IMG/VR virus record: IMGVR_UViG_3300044228_005231
Span: 1 to 36,293 of that record
Length of the DNA: 36,293 bases
Reading direction: 5' to 3' (one strand)
Source: a virus
Lineage: Duplodnaviria > Caudoviricetes
Of the stretch, positions 1 through 7,008 are shown in pieces. How positions within the stretch are numbered: the stretch's first letter is position 1; the number at the start of each line of letters is the position of its first letter. The translations under genes and the position numbers were made by a program. Below the pieces are notes generated by a model, which had not been told where the DNA came from, searched no databases, and saw nothing but the letters and a program-made list of their open reading frames with translations.

Positions 1-1356
1 TTAATCGTCGTCATTATTCATCGCCTCTTCATCTTCCGGCGGCTCTTCGGTTCCGTTCCGATAGCCGGACGCCCTGGGGCTCGCCGGATGATCGTCGCGC
101 GGGTCGCCCTTACGCTTCTTCGCCTGACGCTTCAGTTCTTCGACCTCTTTCGCCTCTTCGGATTGCACGTCGTCGTAATACCCCTTCGCGCCGATACGTG
201 GCGGCGGTCCGGGCGTTGCGGCGCGAACATCCTCCGACGGGACGTCAATCGTGTTCGCCTTCTCGTCGAGCGTCTGACGCCGCTTCTTGTTCGCTTCTTC
301 CTTCTTGCGCGTGTCGCCGAACGCCGCCGTCGATTCGAAGAAGACGAGCGGGAACAAGAAACAAAGGAATTGGTGAAGCGCTACGCGTAGCAGGCGAACG
401 ACCGCAAGATCGCCGATCGGTGTATGAGCGCCGCCCTCGTCACTCGACCCGACCTTACCGGCGATTTCCTTCAGGTCGGCTTCGACGGTCTTCAGTTCGT
501 CGCGCGCGGTCGCTAGCGTGACTAGATCGGCCTCGCTTTGCCGTATGCCCGCAAGTTCGATACGAGCCGCCGACAGCTTTGTCGCCGCCGCCGACACCGC
601 CTCGCCAGCCTTCAGCCGGTTCGTCGAGTGCGAAGCCGGAATTTCAGCTAGCGCACGTTCGGCGGTCGTAAGCTGGCGTTCGAGAAGTTCGATATTCTCT
701 TCGGTCGCCGATCGCATCGCGTTCAGAACGGCTTGCGGCGACGTGTCTTCGAGCCGGTCGATAATCCCTTGCGCGTCATCGCGGCGAGCCGTCAACGCCT
801 GTTCTTGCGCGGTCGTCTTCACGGCGTCGACCCGGCGCGCGTTCGTCTTGTCGTCGTAATAACCCCATTTCGTCGCAAGCGACATTGCCACGCAACCGAC
901 CGTGGCAATCAAAACCAGGCGCGCGAGTGCGTTGTTCTTCCGTTGCTTGAAGCCGGACGACAGCGGCGTTCCCAAATCCGAAAACAGTTCGAGAAACAAC
1001 GCCAGAACGAAGAAGGATATTACGCCGGTCGTCAGATAGTCGCCGAGCCCTTCAATCTTGTCGACGGCAGGAATCTTGCCCGCCATGCGATCGGCGTTCA
1101 CGGCTAGGCCCGTCCAATAGTCGATACCGATCGCCGCCGACGAGAGGATCATGACCAGCGCGCCAAGCGCCGAGACGGCAGACAGGATAAGCCAGCCGCC
1201 ACTATTGAGTGTGACGATATGCTGAAGCCCTAGAACTTCGCCCTTGCCGTCGCTGTTGCGCGCCCGAAGCATTAGAACGATGCAGACAATGCCGACGAAC
1301 ACGCCGCCCGCGCCGAGCGCGTAGGGGAGCATAGCCATTGAGAGAACTTCAGTCAT
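1..1356 (-). CDS. Multi-pass membrane protein with long coiled coil, function unknown (lysis-module position)
   Basis: 451 aa; about 4 N-terminal hydrophobic segments, ~140 aa Ala/Glu/Arg-rich helical region, one further TM (LRVALHQFLCFLFPLVFF), charged C-terminal tail. Confidence 0.75.
   Translation of the reverse strand: MTEVLSMAMLPYALGAGGVFVGIVCIVLMLRARNSDGKGEVLGLQHIVTLNSGGWLILSAVSALGALVMILSSAAIGIDYWTGLAVNADRMAGKIPAVDKIEGLGDYLTTGVISFFVLALFLELFSDLGTPLSSGFKQRKNNALARLVLIATVGCVAMSLATKWGYYDDKTNARRVDAVKTTAQEQALTARRDDAQGIIDRLEDTSPQAVLNAMRSATEENIELLERQLTTAERALAEIPASHSTNRLKAGEAVSAAATKLSAARIELAGIRQSEADLVTLATARDELKTVEADLKEIAGKVGSSDEGGAHTPIGDLAVVRLLRVALHQFLCFLFPLVFFESTAAFGDTRKKEEANKKRRQTLDEKANTIDVPSEDVRAATPGPPPRIGAKGYYDDVQSEEAKEVEELKRQAKKRKGDPRDDHPASPRASGYRNGTEEPPEDEEAMNNDDD
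110..129 (-). promoter_or_regulatory. CGTCAGG-N10-TAA motif copy A (putative late promoter for genes beyond the left edge)
   Basis: Minus strand CGTCAGG CGAAGAAGCG TAA; lies inside the 3' end of the 451-aa gene. Confidence 0.45.
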
Positions 1357-1357
1357 C

Positions 1358-1804
1358 CTAGAACCCCAATAGCAATTTAGAGCCGAACTTGATCGCGACC
1401 GGAACGACGACCCCGCGAAGCGCCGCCCCCATCAAGAGCGACCCGACGATCAGCATTCCGACCTGTTTAGCCGAGAAGCCCGCGACCCGCTCTTCGGCCT
1501 TCGCCCGTTCGGCGTCGCGACGATCGAGTTCTTCGGCGACGACTCTCGCGATCTCTCGCGCGGTTTCATGTCCAGCGATCCGGGCGCGATCGATCGAGCG
1601 ACGGTCGCACTCTTCGATTGCCTTTTCGGTCAGTATTTGCTGGCGATCGAAGATCGCTTCTTTGAATTGGTATAGGTCGGCGCGCGACGCCTTGGCCGCG
1701 ACCTCACTCTTCAGTGAGCCGATCTTTTCGTTCATTGACCCATGCGCCGACCACAAGGCCGCGACAGGATCGACCACGACCCGCGATAGTTCTTCGCCCG
1801 CCAC
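1358..1804 (-). CDS. Coiled-coil protein with C-terminal TM; holin-like candidate
   Basis: 148 aa; helical N-terminus, hydrophobic C-terminus VGMLIVGSLLMGAALRGVVVPVAI; downstream of tail genes; 1-2 nt gaps to neighbours. Confidence 0.5.
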   Translation of the reverse strand: MAGEELSRVVVDPVAALWSAHGSMNEKIGSLKSEVAAKASRADLYQFKEAIFDRQQILTEKAIEECDRRSIDRARIAGHETAREIARVVAEELDRRDAERAKAEERVAGFSAKQVGMLIVGSLLMGAALRGVVVPVAIKFGSKLLLGF

Positions 1805-1806
1805 GT

Positions 1807-2118
1807 TTACAGCCCTTCGTCGACCGACAGGTCGTCAGGAATGGTCGGGGCGATTGAGTTAACGACGAAGGCCGCTTCGAGCGTCTTCCCATACCATCCG
1901 CCGCCGACGATCAGTGACGCAACGCCAGTCAGAACCTTTCGGCCTTCGGCGTCGAGCGCGTCGACCTGGTCTTTGAGTGCATCAAATACGCCGACGGAAA
2001 GCGCCGCGATCGACTGGATTCCGATCGCGGCCTCGTATGCCTCGCGAACCTCTTCGATATTAGGGGAATACGCTAGCGCGGCTTCTCGAACCGCCTTGTT
2101 CGTTTTTGGGTAAGACAC
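1807..2118 (-). CDS. Hypothetical late protein
   Basis: 103 aa, GTG start with GAGGGG RBS, tightly coupled to next gene. Confidence 0.7.
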   Translation of the reverse strand: MSYPKTNKAVREAALAYSPNIEEVREAYEAAIGIQSIAALSVGVFDALKDQVDALDAEGRKVLTGVASLIVGGGWYGKTLEAAFVVNSIAPTIPDDLSVDEGL

Positions 2119-2148
2119 TTTGAGCCCCTCTTACTTGCGAGAACGGGC

Positions 2149-2168
2149 TTAAACGCGCGTGCCTGACG
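2149..2168 (-). promoter_or_regulatory. CGTCAGG-N10-TAA motif copy B (putative late promoter)
   Basis: CGTCAGG CACGCGCGTT TAA in intergenic gap ~30 nt upstream of the 2118 start. Confidence 0.6.
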
Positions 2169-2175
2169 CGTCGGT

Positions 2176-2604
2176 TCACATATGCGTATCACAAGACGAC
2201 GGGTCTAGCGCGTAGCGCCTGCAAATCCGGCGGAACTCCGGCCCGTGAATTTCGACGTTCGGCCCGTGCTCGCGCCATGTGCGAAGGTGCGCGCTTTCGT
2301 GGTCAAGAGCGCCTTGAAGTCGCCGGTCATTCAGCAGGCCGACAGCTACCCGAACTTCCTCCTTACCGCTCTCGAACAGAACCGCGCGCGCAATCTCGCC
2401 GCGCTCCAGGTCGGCACTGTCCGCCTTTACGATCCGAAGGCGCGGCATAGGCGAAAGGCCGAACCGCGCGAAGCTGTCCTTTGCGAACGTCGCCAGGCGC
2501 TCTTGCCCGGAAGATGCAGGCCCCGCCGCCATTACCGCGACCACCGCCGCGCAAAGCATACCGCGAAAAACGGCTGATTTTTGAGTGAATGCATTGTGAT
2601 TCAT
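2176..2604 (-). CDS. SprT-like zinc metallopeptidase domain protein with predicted signal peptide
   Basis: HExxH motif (LDHESAHL) followed by HGPEFRR, typical of SprT-like domains; hydrophobic N-terminus MLCAAVVAVMAAGPASS. Confidence 0.75.
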   Translation of the reverse strand: MNHNAFTQKSAVFRGMLCAAVVAVMAAGPASSGQERLATFAKDSFARFGLSPMPRLRIVKADSADLERGEIARAVLFESGKEEVRVAVGLLNDRRLQGALDHESAHLRTWREHGPNVEIHGPEFRRICRRYALDPSSCDTHM

Positions 2605-2614
2605 TTGCCCCGCC

Positions 2615-2634
2615 TATGATTCATTTGAATCATA
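2615..2634. promoter_or_regulatory. Palindromic operator TATGATTCA-TT-TGAATCATA between divergent genes
   Basis: 9-bp perfect inverted repeat with a GANTC site in each arm. Confidence 0.6.
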
Positions 2635-2709
2635 TTTAGTGCATCAACGAATCAGTGACAAGGCATTGCCCGGCCCTTACCCTAGGGGAATCAATTGGAG
2701 CGCCTTGGA

Positions 2710-2931
2710 ATGTCGGAAAAACGGGATTGGGAGAAGCGAGCCGCCGGGCTGATCAAGGCCGAACTAAAGTTGCGCGCGATGACGTATAACGATCTTCGCG
2801 ACCACCTCGCCGCGATCGGCGTCGACGAGAAAGAAGCGAACATTCGGAACAAGCTGAACCGTGGCACATTTAGCGCCGCCTTCTTCCTTCAATGCCTCGC
2901 CGCCCTGAACGTCGAGACGCTTCGGCTATGA
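2710..2931 (+). CDS. DUF6471-family small HTH-like regulator
   Basis: 73 aa, LIKAELKLRAMTY...NIRNKLNRGTFSAAFFLQCL pattern; GGAG RBS at 2697-2700. Confidence 0.8.
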   Translation: MSEKRDWEKRAAGLIKAELKLRAMTYNDLRDHLAAIGVDEKEANIRNKLNRGTFSAAFFLQCLAALNVETLRL

Positions 2932-2932
2932 T

Positions 2933-5900
2933 CTAGCGGTATGCCTGCGCAAATATCTTGCCCGCCGAAACGAGCGCGTAACCGTTGTTTGCAGACTTGC
3001 GCGCCTGGATTTTATACGTTCGGTTTCCGGCGGTCGCGGCGTTGTCGATCCACCAGTCAGACAGCGGTCCATTGAAGCGATTGATCTGCTCGACATAGTC
3101 GTCGGGTTGTGGCGCGCCGTTTTCGTAGAACACAAGTTCAGTGCTGGCGGGGACGAACGCGACGTCGACCGCGCCCGAAACGTCGGCCCCGTCTCGCAAG
3201 AGCCTGAATTGCACGTTAAAGCTTCCGGCCTTCACTGACGACGACTGAACATTTGCCCGCCAATCAATCTTAACAAATGAGAAGCCCGACGGAATAGTTA
3301 GTGCCGACGCTGTCGCTATATCCTGCCACGACGTCGACAGCGTCGCGTTAGGGCCCTGCGAACCGATCTCGCCGTCGGCGGCATTGGCGGCGGTTGCCAG
3401 CGGCCCTTGATCAACGATCGCCCCGGCTGTGCTGTCGAGCGTTACGTCTGCCCCCGGATCACCTTCGAAGCCTAGTTCGTAGTCGCCGACCGTGGCGTTA
3501 GCGTCGCGCGCCAAATACATTTGCGGTCGCGCCATCCATAGCGTTACCGTGCTCGTACCGTCCGACGTCACGTCGCCCCGAAGTTCGGCAGTCTCGGCAC
3601 CGGCGGGCGCGGTCGCTATCCCTTTGTAACGTTGCGCCATGTCTGAAGGCGACGTGTAAAGCCCGGTCGTGCGCTCTTCCAATTGGACAACGCCGCCCGA
3701 AACGGCGGCCCCCGCCGCATCACGAAAGATGATTTCGAGCCGCGCCGAAGCCGTGCCGGTCGAGTTAACGTCGCAAGCCCCGGCGACGAGTTGACCCGGC
3801 TTGACCGGGAATAGCGCGCGCTGCGACGAGCTGGTTATGTTGATCCGCTGACCGGCGGTCAAACCAGTTCGGCGAAGCCTCAGAATACGCACATTCTCTT
3901 GTGTGTACGCGAAGAAGCTGTCGAGTGTTCCGTTACCGCCGCCGCCCCAGAAGTCGTCCACCTTCTCGAATTGCGTATGATACAGCCGGTTGCCGCCGAA
4001 GGGTGCGCGAACGTTTTCGGCCTCACTCTGGCTTGCCGTTGCGCCCCAATCCTGACCGACGAACGAGTCGGCAATTCCCGACGTTGACGCTTCGTAAACG
4101 CTGGTCGTCGTAAATGACTTGAACGCCGACCAGGCTGAATAACGTTCGCCCTTGCGCGCCCGAAACCGCATGACGAACGCCGTTGACGGCGGAAGGCCGA
4201 CGAAGCCTTCGACGACATTCGCGTTACCTGGAAACTTCCCGAAGGCCGACTGTCCGCTAATGCCGCCCGATCCGTTACTAAGGCCGAACTCGGCGATTAT
4301 CTCGTCGCCAATGAAGCTTGCGAAAGCCGCGTGCGTCAGGCGCAAGGCTGGCACTTCCGCGCCGCCGCCGGAATAGCTGAACGGCGCGATCGTGATCGAC
4401 GGCGCGGTCAGGTCGATAATCTCACTTGGCGGAATGTATGGCGGAACGGATAGGTCGACCGCGTTCGAAGCCGTCCAGGCGTCGACAGTCGGGTCGACTT
4501 CGAAGGCGAGGATCTTCGTCGTCCCGTCTTTGCGCCGCTCGATCTCTTCGACCTCGAAATTCTTCCCCGACGGGAAGCCGCGAAGGCTACTCTCGCGCGT
4601 GAACCAGTCGCCCGGCTTCAGGGTTCGAACCGTGCTCGACAGATAGGTTTCTTCGAGCGTCGCGACCCGGCGCGAGAAGTTCAGCAAGAGTGTCGCCAAA
4701 CGTTGCGCGCGCTCGCTGCTGACCTCTAATTCGAACGTTTCAGTTCCGACAATCAAATCGCCGTCTTCGTCTGCGAATGTGTCGTTCGTCACGCGCGGGT
4801 AATCGGTCGACTTAAAGTCGTCGTCCTTATTGACGAAGCGACCTTCGACCGCGTTCACCATATCGTCGATTCGACCCGTCGGGTCGTATTCGGTTTCGGC
4901 GTCGCTCGACAGGTCGTCGTCAGTCAGCGTCGTGACGACCGATTGTGTCCGAACCGGCCTGAAGACAATGCGCCCGCCCTGGTCGATCGCGCGCGCCGCC
5001 ATGCAAGACGCCAGCTTTTCGAGATTTTCCTTGTGATCGTCTGAAGCCGACAGCGTTCCGTTGGCCTCGTACCGCTTTTGCGTGCCGCCCGCCTTCTTTG
5101 CGACCGACTGATCGCAAAGGTCCGCCAGGTCTTCGAATTCGTCGTATGGGATAACGTCGGCAGCTTCGCCGACGCCGAACCAGTAAACGGAAGGATCAGC
5201 GCCGCCGGTCGTGAAGGTCGAAGGCATAATGCGAATGCCTTGTCGGTAGTGATCGGCGACGACCATCGGGTTTTTTGTGTATTCCCACGTCGACGGCGTC
5301 AGAAGGCGATGCGTTCCCGATCCGCCCGCCGTGCTATCTTTGCGCCGGTCATAGAATAGCCCGCCCTTGCCGCCGAAGCGATAGTCGAACGACTCCGGCA
5401 AGTCGCTGTCCCACTGATGCTCAATGACGACACAGGCAACGCCGCGAAGCTTGTGGCTCGACGTCCACTCCGACGCATAGGTCGTCAGTTCACTGTCTGC
5501 GCTTTGATCGTGGCGACCATCGTAAAACGTAATCCAGCAACGGCTTTCGCCGTTATCCTTCGGGAGCCTCACAAGGGTTCGCGCGCCATGCGTCAGCGCC
5601 GAGTTAACCTGAAGGTTCCCGTTAATCCAGACCTTGTTAAGTTCGGCGATCCGACAGTCGGCGATTGCGTAAACGCGAAACCAGTTCTTCTGTTGCGTCT
5701 TGCCGACGAAGTGCGCGACAAACGTCCCTTCGGTCGCGAATTCGCCGATCGCCAGCTTTCGCGCCGCCGGGTCGCTCGTCTCGACCGCCGAGACTTCGAC
5801 GGTTCCCGACTTCACCTCTTTCGTTCGCCAAGCTAGAACCTTGCCTTCGAGCGCTTTCGTCAGGTCGAAGCCCTTGTCGTCAGGGAACGCATATTTCTGA

Positions 5901-6349
5901 TTTGCCGACGACCTGGTTTGCATCCGCCGCTCGAGATAGGCCAGCGACCCGCTTTCGATCTCGACACTAAGTTCGGGCGGATCGCCCGGCCTGACCGAAT
6001 CCGGCGTCGACCGTACGCGCCCGTAAGTGTCCGAAACGACGTCGCCAGTGTCCGGCGAAGTCGTGAAATACACGTTCCGCAGCCGGACCTGACGACGCCG
6101 AAGATTGCTGTCGAGCAAGCCGCCGAGAACATCCGTGTTATCAGTTTGCCGCGAACTATCGAAGACGATTTTCGTCGTCTCGCTGTCGAGATTGGCGCGC
6201 GTGCGGACGCGGTCGGGCGGCGTGAACCGATCGCCAAGCGGCGCGTAGGTTTCGCCGTCAAAGGTCGTCGCCTCGAAGTCGTTCCAGAAACGAACGGTTT
6301 CCCCGTCAAGAAATATCTCGACAAACCATCGCGACTTAGTCGCCGTCAT
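2933..6349 (-). CDS. Tail tip / central fibre (gpJ-like host-specificity) protein with fused N-terminal hub-like domain
   Basis: 1138 aa after Dit-like gene; HKLRGVAC, YDRRKDSTAGGSG, WEYTKNP motifs; FN3-like and carbohydrate-binding-like C-terminal region. Confidence 0.85.
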   Translation of the reverse strand: MTATKSRWFVEIFLDGETVRFWNDFEATTFDGETYAPLGDRFTPPDRVRTRANLDSETTKIVFDSSRQTDNTDVLGGLLDSNLRRRQVRLRNVYFTTSPDTGDVVSDTYGRVRSTPDSVRPGDPPELSVEIESGSLAYLERRMQTRSSANQKYAFPDDKGFDLTKALEGKVLAWRTKEVKSGTVEVSAVETSDPAARKLAIGEFATEGTFVAHFVGKTQQKNWFRVYAIADCRIAELNKVWINGNLQVNSALTHGARTLVRLPKDNGESRCWITFYDGRHDQSADSELTTYASEWTSSHKLRGVACVVIEHQWDSDLPESFDYRFGGKGGLFYDRRKDSTAGGSGTHRLLTPSTWEYTKNPMVVADHYRQGIRIMPSTFTTGGADPSVYWFGVGEAADVIPYDEFEDLADLCDQSVAKKAGGTQKRYEANGTLSASDDHKENLEKLASCMAARAIDQGGRIVFRPVRTQSVVTTLTDDDLSSDAETEYDPTGRIDDMVNAVEGRFVNKDDDFKSTDYPRVTNDTFADEDGDLIVGTETFELEVSSERAQRLATLLLNFSRRVATLEETYLSSTVRTLKPGDWFTRESSLRGFPSGKNFEVEEIERRKDGTTKILAFEVDPTVDAWTASNAVDLSVPPYIPPSEIIDLTAPSITIAPFSYSGGGAEVPALRLTHAAFASFIGDEIIAEFGLSNGSGGISGQSAFGKFPGNANVVEGFVGLPPSTAFVMRFRARKGERYSAWSAFKSFTTTSVYEASTSGIADSFVGQDWGATASQSEAENVRAPFGGNRLYHTQFEKVDDFWGGGGNGTLDSFFAYTQENVRILRLRRTGLTAGQRINITSSSQRALFPVKPGQLVAGACDVNSTGTASARLEIIFRDAAGAAVSGGVVQLEERTTGLYTSPSDMAQRYKGIATAPAGAETAELRGDVTSDGTSTVTLWMARPQMYLARDANATVGDYELGFEGDPGADVTLDSTAGAIVDQGPLATAANAADGEIGSQGPNATLSTSWQDIATASALTIPSGFSFVKIDWRANVQSSSVKAGSFNVQFRLLRDGADVSGAVDVAFVPASTELVFYENGAPQPDDYVEQINRFNGPLSDWWIDNAATAGNRTYKIQARKSANNGYALVSAGKIFAQAYR

Positions 6350-6951
6350 CGGATCACCTGCTTAGCCTTGAAGCTGACGCGCTTTCGACGCCCCTCGCCA
6401 GACCACTTCGGCAGGCCGTCAAGCCGAAACTCGCCTAGCGCCTCGATCCGGCGCGGCGAAGGCGTCGAAGCGTGCTGTGTCATGGGTTCGGGCCATACGT
6501 TCATCGTGATCGCCCCGCCGACCGGGTCGACGTCCGCCTGAACCTGACCGATATAGTAACCATCGGCGACAGTCCGATAGCTGATCATGTCGCCGGTATA
6601 TGCCTTGCTCGCGCCGACGCCGGTGAATTGAACCAGGCGCGACGATTTACTCAATCCCGTCACGGTCAAACCAGCGTCAGACGTGATCGACAGGTCGCGC
6701 GGAAGCTTGCGGAAGAAGCGGGGCGCGGTAAACGTGACCGCCGCCCCCTGGCGACGCGTAAGGAATGCGGAAATGGCGTCGAAGTCTTCGCGCTTCGGAA
6801 GTTCGAACTCGAAGTTCACGACCCAATAACCGCGACCCAATTCCAGAACGTCAGCGTCGCCGGATAGCGTCTCCGGCGCGGCCTGTTGCTCGATCGGCTC
6901 CCAATCAGCCTTAGTCATTCCGCGATACGGGATTAGTTCGCCAGCGCTCAT
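6346..6951 (-). CDS. Distal tail (Dit-like) protein
   Basis: 201 aa directly after tape measure; AFLTRRQG...FTAP pattern; ATGA overlap with tail tip gene. Confidence 0.65.
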   Translation of the reverse strand: MSAGELIPYRGMTKADWEPIEQQAAPETLSGDADVLELGRGYWVVNFEFELPKREDFDAISAFLTRRQGAAVTFTAPRFFRKLPRDLSITSDAGLTVTGLSKSSRLVQFTGVGASKAYTGDMISYRTVADGYYIGQVQADVDPVGGAITMNVWPEPMTQHASTPSPRRIEALGEFRLDGLPKWSGEGRRKRVSFKAKQVIR

Positions 6952-6981
6952 TTTCGCCCCTTTCGCAATACCGGCGAAGGG

Positions 6982-7001
6982 TTAGGCGCGAACACCTGAC
7001 G
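6982..7001 (-). promoter_or_regulatory. CGTCAGG-N10-TAA motif copy C (putative late promoter)
   Basis: CGTCAGG TGTTCGCGCC TAA in the gap between tape measure and Dit genes. Confidence 0.6.
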
Positions 7002-7008
7002 CGGCGGA

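Noticed and set aside
2933-3400. Diversity-generating retroelement or invertase-driven tail switching
   Set aside because: No reverse transcriptase, invertase or duplicated template repeat seen
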